Positions 23,301 through 30,935 of a stretch of DNA of 64,000 bases are shown piece by piece (position 1 is the stretch's first letter; every line of letters begins with the position of its first letter). The notes under the pieces are model-generated. The model searched no databases and was not told where the DNA came from. It saw nothing but the letters and a program-made list of their open reading frames with translations. Made by a program: the position numbers and the translations under genes. The DNA comes from a virus. Its lineage: Duplodnaviria; Caudoviricetes. The DNA lies in the IMG/VR virus record IMGVR_UViG_3300023170_000023, positions 60 through 64,059 of that record. One strand, given 5' to 3'.

Positions 23301-24896
23301 TTTAGCACGATCATACTTGAAGGAGATCTGTTCGTAATTGTCGAAAATATACTGAGTTACACTTTCGACAAGTGTCGTTTTTGCTCCTTGAATTGCATCA
23401 TGCTGTGCTTGACGTGTAGACGCATAAGTACCAACCACCGGATATGTGGTTACAGGTTGAACAGTGGTATTGGTTCCGTTAAGAACATCAATCACGCGAG
23501 CAAACAAAGTGTCTACTTGTGAGTCACTGGTAACATCTGCTAGTGCCTTGACCTGATCCCTTGCGTATTCTACTAATGCTATAGTAACATTTTTCTGCTC
23601 TGAAAGAACATAAGCAGAGTTTGCACGTAAGTATGAGTTTCCTGCCGTGATAGAGTTATAATCTGTTCCTAAAATTAAATCACGACGAACCGCATCTAGA
23701 ATCAAACCAAGATCTCGCTCACATGTAGATCCGATTCCAGTGAAGTTATCGTTGATATACTTGGTTGTGTCAGCAACCAAAGTAGCACGGTTTGCCTTGA
23801 TTGCCGCTGCAGCATTTACCCTAGCAGAAGAATTAGCAGACTGATAGGTTGCACCCGGTGTCTGAGGATAATTGATAGCAGGATAAACCGTTTGCGAACC
23901 ATCAAGAACAACCGTGACGTTTCTGAACAATTGCTCAATATCTGTGTCGCTGGTGACGCCAGAGAGTGCAGTAACATAGTCCCTAGCAAAATTGACACCA
24001 GCGATTGTAGCATCTTTCTGGTCACTTAAAACATATGCTGAGTTTGCTCTGTTATACGCCCACCCTGCGGTAACCGTGTTGTAGTTCGTACCCATGATAA
24101 GGTCACGTGCTACTGCGTTAACAATCAATCCAACATCTCTCGCACACTTGGTGGCATTGTATGATCCAGTCAAGAAATCGTTTGCGGGGTCATTTAGATA
24201 GTCTAATACCGCATCTTGGATTGCGTCTTTGTTGTCGATAAGAATCTGAGCAGCAGCGTTCGAACCACCGTCTGTAGCATCGTATTCAATCGGAGGATCA
24301 GGATAAACAAATTCTGATGCATCACCGCCGACAAGAATTTCAATGATCTCATCGAACCCTGCCGATACTCGTTGTTTAGCAATAGAACTGGTTTTAACTT
24401 CTGGAACCGAGATCATACCAAGACGTTCTTCGTTGATCGCACGTCTGGTTTGATACAACTGTTCTGCCGTTACCTTAGCGGCGTTGCCCCTTTTATAAGA
24501 CTGACCAGAGATGATGCTACCAAAGTTTGTGCCCAACAACATATCATATCGAACGTTGTCCATGATGAGGTTGAGGTCACGATGACATACATCTCTATCG
24601 AACTTGAAACTTTGTTTTGCATATACAACCGCTACCGCTGAGTCTAGGGTAGCAAAAGAATTCATTAAAGACTTACCGTCATTACCTTTGGTACCTGACT
24701 GAGACACATAATAAACGTTGTCTACATCTTCGGCACCGATAGACTGGATGGAAAGTTCGCCATCTTTATTCTTTTTGATGTATGCTTTACCATCGTGAGT
24801 GTTGATGGCAATTTCACCGAAATCGATTTCATTCAGTGTCGGGGCACGTCCCGGAATATCACTGCGTGGAAATAATATTTTTTTACGTGATGCCAT
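14322..24896 (-). CDS. Giant virion protein (3524 aa): pectin-lyase-like beta-helix interrupted by 18 helical CxRD repeats, plus an FG-GAP-like propeller
   Basis: N-terminal GEIAINTHDGKAY and YYVSQSGTKGNDG motifs; 18 CxRD repeats; TTIFLKSGDY...IIGDALRSTTIRP...QSPYVQNCTS...SMVLDAFTQFN; FGQQIVMSEDGTTIVVAAP-type blades. Confidence 0.75.
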   Translation of the reverse strand: MASRKKILFPRSDIPGRAPTLNEIDFGEIAINTHDGKAYIKKNKDGELSIQSIGAEDVDNVYYVSQSGTKGNDGKSLMNSFATLDSAVAVVYAKQSFKFDRDVCHRDLNLIMDNVRYDMLLGTNFGSIISGQSYKRGNAAKVTAEQLYQTRRAINEERLGMISVPEVKTSSIAKQRVSAGFDEIIEILVGGDASEFVYPDPPIEYDATDGGSNAAAQILIDNKDAIQDAVLDYLNDPANDFLTGSYNATKCARDVGLIVNAVARDLIMGTNYNTVTAGWAYNRANSAYVLSDQKDATIAGVNFARDYVTALSGVTSDTDIEQLFRNVTVVLDGSQTVYPAINYPQTPGATYQSANSSARVNAAAAIKANRATLVADTTKYINDNFTGIGSTCERDLGLILDAVRRDLILGTDYNSITAGNSYLRANSAYVLSEQKNVTIALVEYARDQVKALADVTSDSQVDTLFARVIDVLNGTNTTVQPVTTYPVVGTYASTRQAQHDAIQGAKTTLVESVTQYIFDNYEQISFKYDRAKCSRDVDNIINAVARDLLLGTDYNTYTAGNAYQRANSAYVLSDQKQITIDAVNLARDTLIALPAITSDATITTLFARVTSFISDTPPAYPTINYPTTAGSTYQTADRIAAAAAIQANRQTLIEGTSTYISQNWFDLDIGATCERDLGLILDAVERDLLTGSDYWTLTAGNAYLRGASAYVLSTQSAVTKILVEYARDLVKALPNVTSDATIDTLFKRVTDILDTTISTIQVPTGFPITGTYAGSNSRDLQRDDLVNNRALLISDTTAYINVNFPLLVYDVATCERDTGMIIDALIADLTYGGNSASRDAALAYFSFGTAQLGSGEESATVAAYNDLATRIKALTNVSEDARVDELIGITTGVITAGNVDSIAALSEISTAGYTTTEFDAITAAESTITSDTIAHGREFYQNYDQDACERDVGYILDALAHDVKYGGNVGTRINAEAYFVGTVSQLGPGVNSEGETETQATIAAYNDLKTRLNSVVTTSAEQTVVGGLVDIITGVLTAGNLNSLPAEVEVSTAGLTTTEFDELQSNITSTQEVVIDFVNTFVGYDVAACERDTGFLIDALLHDLLYSGNSASRSAALAYYSFAVSLLGTGEGPITVEAYGHLISEIQGLTNVTEDVRVAELIDITRDAITAGNVDSVPAEVDISTAGLTTTEFDAITNNKTIISDATLLYGQTNYSFYDQAACARDAGYILDAVAHDVQYGGNTATRTNAEAYYVGSVLQLGNGEIEATVAAYNDLKTRTQAIIATTLEQNAAGLKFDVITDVIENGLVGLPAEVQVVTTGLDTTEFDAIIAGISATQAATIDYVNLNWATQLAGYDAGKCARDVGLILDAVRRDLLLGTTFWTKTAGFAYLRANSAYVLSDQKQATIDAVNFVRDEIFTLTGLDLNYLFVNVLNVLNGTITEPGVIGGWVDTGAGTYSNTRFAQAQDIINNYQTLIDDTTTYIFENYDGIGFEYDVDKCSRDVEEIIKAVSRDLILGTDYNTNTAGNAYQRANSAYVLSDQKQITIDAVNVARDYLKDLTDVTSDATIDTLFARITSYISDTPPVYPSINYPNTVGSVYQTANRIAAAAAIQSNRASIISDTTEYINDNFSGLGTTCERDLSLIIDAVRRDLVLGTDYNTLTAANSYLRSTSAYVLSDQRDVTIALVEYARDQIKALPNVSSDATVDTLFGRVIDVLNGTTTTPHTSITYPVNGTYANVAGRAAQSQEVQANRQVLIDDTTNYLDTYYPELVYDQVACRRDTGFLIDAISHDLLYGGNTACRTAALAYFSGTNSQLGSQEELPTVAAYEVLKSNIQLLINVFEDARVATLVDIVRDVISAGNTSGIPAEVEIDTAGLSLTEWNEINTSEATIINDTIEYGRDNFSFYDQDKCERDVGYILDALSHDVQYGGNSATITNAKSYYVGAISQLGSGEVFATASAYENLKTLINAVVATTPEETYISNLLDIIITVVNDQSLDNLAAEIDIDRTGLNSTEYDALNTAITATQTEVIDYVNTFVGYNVAKCERDTLFLTEALIADLTYGGNSAMRNVAKSYFVGTQNQLGVGESLPTIDAYNDYARRVKLLPNVTEDVRVDELIAIVTNVIAAGGIDDIPAEVDIDTTGFDTTNYDLIKNDTGAIQNRVIDYVNDSTIVSNFDQHKCERDTGLIVDAIALDLQNNTNYNSITAGLAYQRGNAQKVQSDQLQYTVDSINYLRDQINATAGLTEASQTFITARAKEITDLLEETGAYGAEDGDPIFFDGTGQEDADKRNAANALIVNRRKMQRQIITWIQQNYDSLEYNQDKCERDVGYIVDALTHDILFGGTFASDTNARSYWVGTDLDIEGGTTYEDLDGQADNWTNQLGDGEIVASVAAYEQLKVFANSYISTSAEETRVNQLLDIIINAIQITPPASPSVDELVTVTLPAISGQAALFHTNKTTLQQQTVFYANSVFPTYSYDQATCRRDVGYIVDGLVYDLKYGGNSATSYSMRSYFSVFNKGYADILGDSELAATVAAYEQLKIIIGTQGVSGVHLTRVGNLLDLIIHALEQSSTGIFQIGDFFGPNGELYQYNYPFDLAVGFNTLTFPDPIALGIKITYPDIYEAFTEFNKDPVVTSVRQTIITQSLAVSDNQGADTTIFLKSGDYTVNNPIKLPPKTAIIGDALRSTTIRPRNVDSDIFWVDNGCYVKEITFRDHQNGAACVAFDPRNDNITGPFITQSPYVQNCTSLTTSGIGMKIDGSKVSGLRSMVLDAFTQFNADGIGVLLKERAYAQLVSCFTISTSTSIKAESGAQCSITNSNSSFGDFGLVATGGSKSIYNGSLHADYNLNDDIIRVNGILNTDSANYSLNLGDFKTPNYNDAIKFSTDSYYYTILNVSDEILQNWSVSGNEDQIKIASNDPADFGTGFGVRMSKNDQVLAFANIEERNVEILNRDVLAWTNTSTIVPTNPVNNAADSDAFGQQIVMSEDGTTIVVAAPANRHVVGGVGLTQYGGAYVYHQDSVDTSLWNQVQFIQDSVSSSPNPNTNRRLGDRMSLSADGNTLLLSNRADSDAGFISGSVQIWGRDSANDVNGYQFKQKLLFPKGTAALAPRTTINEDGIAVLVSWRGNTHYYYTKNQFGNYSISQNVTSQLAQNDEADFEIVMNKTNGYAAFTSSQTALTAIDSAPSQATGSVFLQVNDASKFEIGQRVYASSATTIEYTSKDTRIPDNTTIVDIVGNTLELSNPTTGTIDGNFDYIFGYHPNSGGVELYRFNEGSWSLQELVYPRDARTDQGFGTTIDMNTKGDLVIVGQNPRNDLNDSCAVYMVERAGTNWSEVAMIKPQTVQKVGDGNGSTADDRFGRYATIGGTGDYIAVSADKRTVEGDNGAVFTYSSILPETGSYELTIAPPLNKNAGAEQKVDFHQRSLISASSHTFEFVGSGTNMFAAIPQNGGIPKKENEIVFDSAESLTPNFGLVYFTATDELGDFRIGGDLTINRESGTITGTTFDRSLFAVLTPYILALEG
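16930..24615 (-). repeat. Array of 18 ~130-160-aa repeats, consensus (Y)DxxxCxRDxGxI(I/L)DAxxxDLxxG
   Basis: Manual count in the translation. Class A has DLxLGT(D/N)Y...RANSAYVLSDQ; class B has DxxYGGN...QLGxGE. Confidence 0.9.
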
Positions 24897-24920
24897 GCTT
24901 CGATCTCTGTTGTATCTTAG

Positions 24921-24947
24921 TATTTAGGTGCAATAAGTGTATTTATA
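24921..24947 (-). promoter_or_regulatory. Late promoters: TATAAATA (24940-24947) and variant CTAAATA (24921-24927)
   Basis: Motifs lie in the intergenic gap upstream of the 3524-aa gene. Confidence 0.75.
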
Positions 24948-24951
24948 TACT

Positions 24952-26847
24952 TTAAGTTCGATAAGTTCTAGCAACTCTTGCTCTGGGATAGACTGCTCCG
25001 CTTGATCTTCTCTGTCTATGTAGCACGTCTCTACCAACCCTGCCCTCGCTGGTTCTGAGGTCTTTCAAGTACATCATCACCTTTGGGTTTTCACCTGCCG
25101 CAAAAGAATAGTTGTCATAATCACCATCTAATCCTCCACTGAAGGGATCGAAGTTTATTGGTTGTTCACCGGGCCAACCTCGACCATCATCTCCCACTTC
25201 ATTATCATTATCTTTATCTCTTGTGAAAGAAGCAAGGATATATTCTTTCAGGTCAGCAGGAGACATATCAGGATATCTTTCTAAGATACATGCTGCCATT
25301 CCTACCGCTTGCGGACAAGCAGAAGACGTACCATTAAATTTACGAATATAATAACTAGCGTTACGCCCATCTTGAATTACGTTACCAACGCTCAAACCAT
25401 TGTTGTTTACCGCAGCGTCTGTAAAATCACAGAAAGCATAGATGTCTACACCTTCGCCTCTAACCGTATAGTAAATAGGCATTTCTCCTTTGCCTTGCGA
25501 TTGCAAAACGCCCTGTGGTGAACCACTTATTGCGCCTACTGTAATCCCTTCCGGAGGACAAAAACTTTTACCATGATAATGAAATTTATTCGTGGTGCTC
25601 AAAGTTCCGTTATTATAAGAGTTTGTTCCTGTAAAACCATTAAGCATGTAAGTATTTAACCAAGATGTGGTTCCGGGAACTTTGCTTAAATTGTTAGAAT
25701 TTCCTGCCGATTTAAAAAAATGAATTCCATCAGCAATCATATCTTCTATTTCTGAAACAACGGGAGTTACAGCAGTCCAACCAAAAACTCCGCTAATATC
25801 AGCAGATCTATTTGGAGAGGTCCCGGTAATTTTTGATTCGGCACATATTTCTGCCGCCTCCATTTCAGCATTACTCATTTTATAAGAAGTGTTGAGGAAT
25901 TGCCCAAAAGTATTTCCTATTCCATTTTGCGCATAGTATGGCCAACGTGAACCACTCTCAGATAAAGTGTAAGTAAATCCAATACTGGCATTTACTATTG
26001 TAGGGTTTTTGACCCCCGTTGCAGGATTAACAGATTTGTTGTTATGAAATGCTCGAATGTAATCCCAAATCTCATCATCAAAGGTCGAAGGAAGTCCAAA
26101 AGCAGCAGGATCATATGGCCAAATAGAATATATGTTTGCACCGGGTGCGTGTCCGTGTTGACTCCCTGCCGCTTGCGAAGCGCAAGACGAACCATGATTA
26201 ATTTGTCGATTATAGGTAGAACTAGAAACGTTTTCATAAACATATCCGGAATAAGCGCCCGTGAGAGATCCTCCGACTTCTACGGTGTGTTGGTTCCAAT
26301 CATACTCGACAACACGAGTACCCCCAGTCCCATCTTCATTAACAGCAGCATCCGGATGGTTAGGATCCAAGGGTCCATCGGCAAAAATAATGTCAACATT
26401 TTTTCCCGTTTCTGTCTGTGTTATACTGCTAGAAAGAAGAGGATTTTCTCCTGCCGCTGACATAGGTCCATCGGGATACCATCCATCAATTGTTGCAGAA
26501 TTATCGTTGTAAGTATTTCTGCTTCTCCACAATGACCAGTTTCTGGATGAAGTACCTGCAGGCGCATTTGCCCAGTTTTTGTCATAAGTTCCGGATCGAG
26601 TAAACGCATCATCCGTAAATTTAGGGATTTCGCTCCTTAAAACAACGCTTCGAACTCTTTCGTCTTGACTGACCTGTTCTGCTTCTTCTGCGGTGAGCAT
26701 GTAATGAGTGTTACGAGAAATTGGTTTACGTTTACAGCAATCACACTCTCGATCCGGTATATACAAACTACCGCCGGGAGTTTCCATATCATCATAGAAA
26801 GCATCTAGATCCGTATGGTTCCATAGAGTTACTACGTAATGTTCCAT
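24952..26847 (-). CDS. Subtilisin-like serine protease (peptidase S8)
   Basis: Catalytic motifs VDIIFADG (Asp), HGSSCASQAAG (His), SAGNS (oxyanion Asn) and FNGTSSACP (Ser), with an N-terminal prodomain-like segment. Confidence 0.88.
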   Translation of the reverse strand: MEHYVVTLWNHTDLDAFYDDMETPGGSLYIPDRECDCCKRKPISRNTHYMLTAEEAEQVSQDERVRSVVLRSEIPKFTDDAFTRSGTYDKNWANAPAGTSSRNWSLWRSRNTYNDNSATIDGWYPDGPMSAAGENPLLSSSITQTETGKNVDIIFADGPLDPNHPDAAVNEDGTGGTRVVEYDWNQHTVEVGGSLTGAYSGYVYENVSSSTYNRQINHGSSCASQAAGSQHGHAPGANIYSIWPYDPAAFGLPSTFDDEIWDYIRAFHNNKSVNPATGVKNPTIVNASIGFTYTLSESGSRWPYYAQNGIGNTFGQFLNTSYKMSNAEMEAAEICAESKITGTSPNRSADISGVFGWTAVTPVVSEIEDMIADGIHFFKSAGNSNNLSKVPGTTSWLNTYMLNGFTGTNSYNNGTLSTTNKFHYHGKSFCPPEGITVGAISGSPQGVLQSQGKGEMPIYYTVRGEGVDIYAFCDFTDAAVNNNGLSVGNVIQDGRNASYYIRKFNGTSSACPQAVGMAACILERYPDMSPADLKEYILASFTRDKDNDNEVGDDGRGWPGEQPINFDPFSGGLDGDYDNYSFAAGENPKVMMYLKDLRTSEGRVGRDVLHRQRRSSGAVYPRARVARTYRT

Positions 26848-29594
26848 TATACTTCTAACTCGACTACCGTAAGAGTTACTTCGAGAACACTCGCGGTGCC
26901 ACTTAAGTTAGTTACTGCTATAGGAATAGCAGATCCCGTCTCTAACCAACCAATAACTCCGGGAGACATTTTGATCGTCAAGTTACCGGAAGAAGTGATC
27001 GCTTCTGCTATTACACCTGCATCCGGTGCTGGATCGTCAGTAATTAAACGAGAAGCGTCAGCAGTTCTTGATGTAGTGTCGGTGTATATTCGAACCCATG
27101 CTTCTACGTTAGTCTGTATTTTGAGAAGAGCGTATGTGGGGAATCCATTTGTAATACTTAAGTCAGTAGTCGCCTGATCTGCAACAGTTGTGGGGTTGGT
27201 AGTTACCGATGGGGTTGTTCTAGAAGCAAGTCCACTACCACCGCCACCGGGTACATTTACAGTCACCACACCTGCAACTTCGCTTGCTGTTACTCCTGCT
27301 CCTGTGAAATCAAATGAAGTTACAGAAGTTGTTAATACACTCCCTTCGTCGCTAACCGCAACGCTAGAACCACCACCACTTACACCAGAAGCATCTATAG
27401 TTAAAGTTTTACCAGAGGTAGTAGCAGTGAGACCACCAGTGAAAGCAAATGTCAACGTATCTTCAGGGTCGGTAGTGGCAATATCAGTTTGACCAGACAC
27501 AGCAACCGTTGTGAAAACGTTTTGAGGCGTTTCCGTAATGCTGCTATTAATAGTTACCGTGTTCGTGCCAGCGTCAGTTGTAAGAGAAATGTTTGTCCCA
27601 GCAGCGAAGTTCAAAGTTGATGCTGTCGATCCCGCAGTAATATTAGATTGACCAGATACAGCAACCGTAGAAAATATATTTTGATCTGAGGGTAACACAG
27701 GTGGTGTGTAGGTAAACACACCAGACACATTATTATAAGACAAGGAACCAGATCCTGCAGCACCTAATTGACTAACAGAAATATCTGTCAGTGCAATACC
27801 ACCACCAACACCACCTGTCAAATCGTTCGCATTAATCCATTCGCCCTGAGAATATTTTAAAACTTGACCATCTTGAACATTAGATAAAGTAACATCTGTA
27901 AGACTTGATATGTTAGTTACAAGAGAACTGCCTGAAGATCCTGATCCTGCTACAGATCCTCCAGAAGAAGATTCAGTGTCCGTTGCTTCACCGTAGAAAT
28001 AATCACCACAATCGATAACATCAAATTGTACTTCTGGTGTGTAGATAACAGGATCAAACTCCCATCGTTCTGGGTTGACACCGTCATTTTTGTATGTTAT
28101 TGTGCCGTATGGTTCAGAAGAATCGCCTACTGCAATACCAGCACCACTAGCAAGAACGTCTGAAGGCGCACCATCTGCAATAACAATTCTTTTATCTGAA
28201 ATCACTAACTCAGTAGTGTTGATACTAGTGGTATCGCCAAGCACCGTAAAGTTTCGAGTTACTGTTAAATCGCCATCGATGGTAGTGGAATCTAAATTGG
28301 CGAGTCCAGAAACATTAATATCACCGGGAACAAGTAGACTGCCTTCAATATAAACTGAATCTAAAGTCGTGGTACCATTAACGGTAAGGTTTCTGTTAAT
28401 GGTTAAATCGCCACCATAATATAGATCTCGTCCAATCGTAAGGTCACCCGTAGTTACCAAATGACCATCGATGGTAGTAGAGTCTAAAGTAGTGATACCG
28501 TCTACATTTAAAGGTCCACTGACATTGAGTTTAGTTAAATCAGCAGAATCTAATGATGCTTCCCTGACGTGTAATTTTTTCCATCGTTGAGATTCACTAC
28601 CAAGATCAAAAGTAACGTCAAGATCGGGAACTACATTAGAGTTAATGTCAGCATTAAATACTACATTGTCACTGAAAGTTGCAACACCTGTCACGTCGAG
28701 AGTAGTGTCTAAAGTAGTGCTTCCGTCTACCTTCAAATTCCCTTGAATGGTAGCACTGTCAGTCATCGTCACTCCACCATCGAGTTTGGTGAGAGCAGAA
28801 ACTGTGAGTCTTACACTATCATAAGTGAAGTTAGGATCATCGGCAAGTATTCCACCGGGACCAACAATTACTACACGATCTTCAGTTAGTCCTTCGTATC
28901 GAAGAGTGCTAAAAGTAGCAGAATCAAACTCAATTGTTTGTGCGTATACAGTTCTCCAACGTTGAACAGAATCACCAAGATCATAGGTGTCGGTTAAGTT
29001 AGGAACAAGATTTGAATTTACATCAGCACCAAAAACAACGTTGTCGGTGTTGGAATCGCCCATCTGAATAGAACCAGACGATCCTGCTTTGAATGTCGCA
29101 ACACCATCAACAGTGAGAGTACCATCGACAAGTAAATTGCTTTGGATTCTTACGTTACCATCTGCACCACGTAGGTTTAATGGTCCTGCAGTAGATGCTA
29201 CTGAATCTCCATCAAGACGTAAAGAGTCTACAAGAAGTTCATTAAGTTTTTTATCATCGTCTACAAGTAGAGCAGATCCGGATGTTACGACACCTCTTTG
29301 GTGGTTCAACATATCGGTAAAATACTTACCGCCGATAGTCGTTATTTCTGAAGAGTAGTAGTGTGTTGCAGAGTCTGCAGTTCCTACATTAACTTCTTCT
29401 CTTAAAACATTTCCTGATCCAATGTATAATCGATCACCGCCGTTACCAAAACCATCATCTTCGGTATCGACAAGAGAAGAGTAAGCAAGTTCACCAACCT
29501 GAAGTAGAGAATTACCAGTGCCTGCTTCTACAGGTCTTCCTTTTGTACTTGACCTTCTTATTAATATCGTGGCAGTTGAGGAATCATGGGACAT
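26847..29594 (-). CDS. Fibre-like virion structural protein (915 aa)
   Basis: ILIRRSS...GELAYS...RLYIG N-terminus, LxVDGxTTLDS repeats and LTDVTLSNVQDGQVLKY (fibre knuckle-type motif). Confidence 0.7.
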   Translation of the reverse strand: MSHDSSTATILIRRSSTKGRPVEAGTGNSLLQVGELAYSSLVDTEDDGFGNGGDRLYIGSGNVLREEVNVGTADSATHYYSSEITTIGGKYFTDMLNHQRGVVTSGSALLVDDDKKLNELLVDSLRLDGDSVASTAGPLNLRGADGNVRIQSNLLVDGTLTVDGVATFKAGSSGSIQMGDSNTDNVVFGADVNSNLVPNLTDTYDLGDSVQRWRTVYAQTIEFDSATFSTLRYEGLTEDRVVIVGPGGILADDPNFTYDSVRLTVSALTKLDGGVTMTDSATIQGNLKVDGSTTLDTTLDVTGVATFSDNVVFNADINSNVVPDLDVTFDLGSESQRWKKLHVREASLDSADLTKLNVSGPLNVDGITTLDSTTIDGHLVTTGDLTIGRDLYYGGDLTINRNLTVNGTTTLDSVYIEGSLLVPGDINVSGLANLDSTTIDGDLTVTRNFTVLGDTTSINTTELVISDKRIVIADGAPSDVLASGAGIAVGDSSEPYGTITYKNDGVNPERWEFDPVIYTPEVQFDVIDCGDYFYGEATDTESSSGGSVAGSGSSGSSLVTNISSLTDVTLSNVQDGQVLKYSQGEWINANDLTGGVGGGIALTDISVSQLGAAGSGSLSYNNVSGVFTYTPPVLPSDQNIFSTVAVSGQSNITAGSTASTLNFAAGTNISLTTDAGTNTVTINSSITETPQNVFTTVAVSGQTDIATTDPEDTLTFAFTGGLTATTSGKTLTIDASGVSGGGSSVAVSDEGSVLTTSVTSFDFTGAGVTASEVAGVVTVNVPGGGGSGLASRTTPSVTTNPTTVADQATTDLSITNGFPTYALLKIQTNVEAWVRIYTDTTSRTADASRLITDDPAPDAGVIAEAITSSGNLTIKMSPGVIGWLETGSAIPIAVTNLSGTASVLEVTLTVVELEV

Positions 29595-29800
29595 TAATAT
29601 TCTCCAGCGTCCAGAGTAACGTTAAGATTGGTGCTAGGTTGCCACAATTGAGTTTGAGAATTGTAAACTAAAACATCCCCGTCAACCGCAGCGGAAGCAT
29701 TAACACCGGGAATACCCGCTTCTTGCACCGTTCGAATAGGCGTTCCCACCACAATCTTATCGATAAGTATGGTCCCATCATTTTTTAATTTAACAGTCAT
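29594..29800 (-). CDS. Small fibre-associated protein (68 aa)
   Basis: AVDGDVLVYNSQTQLW motif, ends LDAGEY, and its stop overlaps the next start. Confidence 0.6.
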   Translation of the reverse strand: MTVKLKNDGTILIDKIVVGTPIRTVQEAGIPGVNASAAVDGDVLVYNSQTQLWQPSTNLNVTLDAGEY

Positions 29801-29808
29801 GGTTTCCC

Positions 29809-30183
29809 CTACGCTTTAGTAACAGAAGGTGTTACCTGAAGTGTGCCTTCAAGTATACGCTCTATAATATAAGTGAGGTTACCTGAACCATCAGAATCAC
29901 TGACATAGGAAAGTTCAACGTCATAGACATAACGTTTCTTAGTACTTAAAAGATCGGTTTGAAGGTTAGTAAGGGAAAGATTTACAATTCCATCCGTTGC
30001 AGGATCTGCAACTATCCCAGTGAATGCAACTTTCTCGCTTGAGTCTGCAGCATAGTTAGGTTTCAACCATGCATTCACTGAGTAATTAGTAAGATCTTTT
30101 TTACTTTTGTCTTTGTTGATCAGGTGAAGTTCGATTGCAACATCTGTACCTTGATCAATAGTGATGTCTTCGTAATAAGCCAT
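29809..30183 (-). CDS. Small virion structural protein (BppU N-terminal-like beta-sandwich)
   Basis: ITIDQGTD...DLTNYSV...GIVNLSLT...YVYDVEL...RILEGTLQVTPSVT pattern; late promoter upstream. Confidence 0.65.
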   Translation of the reverse strand: MAYYEDITIDQGTDVAIELHLINKDKSKKDLTNYSVNAWLKPNYAADSSEKVAFTGIVADPATDGIVNLSLTNLQTDLLSTKKRYVYDVELSYVSDSDGSGNLTYIIERILEGTLQVTPSVTKA

Positions 30184-30213
30184 GAATCACTTTCCGTGAG
30201 AATACTATGGTTT

Positions 30214-30221
30214 TATTTATA
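30214..30221 (-). promoter_or_regulatory. T4-type late promoter TATAAATA
   Basis: Exact motif 30 nt upstream of ATG 30183. Confidence 0.8.
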
Positions 30222-30230
30222 CGAAAACGA

Positions 30231-30935
30231 TTATTGATCCCGCTGAATATCCTCGATAATCCACTCTTGAAGTTTTTGAGATTGCTCAGACCTATCAAAA
30301 ACAAAGGATATGGTCATTCTCCAGCATTCTGTTTTTGCACTATGATAAACCAGATCAGCAGGATTGTCTTGGTAGGCAGCAAAATAACCTAGTTTGCACT
30401 GCCATCCGGGTTTGTCTTGCATTTTTATAATCTTACTTTTTCTTCTATCGAGATAAGAAAAGTCTCCTTCTCCTGTCTCACTCCAAGTAAAGATCACATT
30501 GTACGCAGAAGCATTGGCGTTATTGTGCCAAGCAATAAAACCTCCGGGAGGATAAACCGCAAACAAAGCATTTGTTTTCAAACAATATTTAGTTTCTAAA
30601 GTTTCAAGGCAGTCCCATATTTCTTTCAGACTTTCTCTAACTCTGGCAGGATTATGAGATTCGTTAATTAGAAACGTGTTGTGTTGGAGACTATAACTTT
30701 TAATTGTTGCTGGATATCCGTCATGTTCCTTGCCCTTTGCTATAACATCTTTCAGATAAGGAATAGACGTATACCACTTCTGATCTTTTTCTGTGAAGTG
30801 CTCTCCACGCATCTTCATGTCCTGCAGGACATCATTGGTTGCAAACTTTTCTAGACGCTTTAAATCTTTGAGCAGATCAGAATTTCTTATAGGTATATCT
30901 TGCATATCACTTTGCGTACTTTGCTCGCATGTCAT
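30231..30935 (-). CDS. Putative 2OG-Fe(II) oxygenase / cupin-fold enzyme
   Basis: YPPGGFIAWHNN and distal VYHSAKTECWRMTISF (His...Arg-x-Thr) spacing as in double-stranded beta-helix oxygenases. Confidence 0.6.
   Translation of the reverse strand: MTCEQSTQSDMQDIPIRNSDLLKDLKRLEKFATNDVLQDMKMRGEHFTEKDQKWYTSIPYLKDVIAKGKEHDGYPATIKSYSLQHNTFLINESHNPARVRESLKEIWDCLETLETKYCLKTNALFAVYPPGGFIAWHNNANASAYNVIFTWSETGEGDFSYLDRRKSKIIKMQDKPGWQCKLGYFAAYQDNPADLVYHSAKTECWRMTISFVFDRSEQSQKLQEWIIEDIQRDQ

Noticed and set aside
16930-24615. Calling the CxRD repeats true phycocyanin genes or c-type heme sites
   Set aside because: Similarity is visible only around one helix, the repeats are fused in a structural protein, and there is no CxxCH motif.
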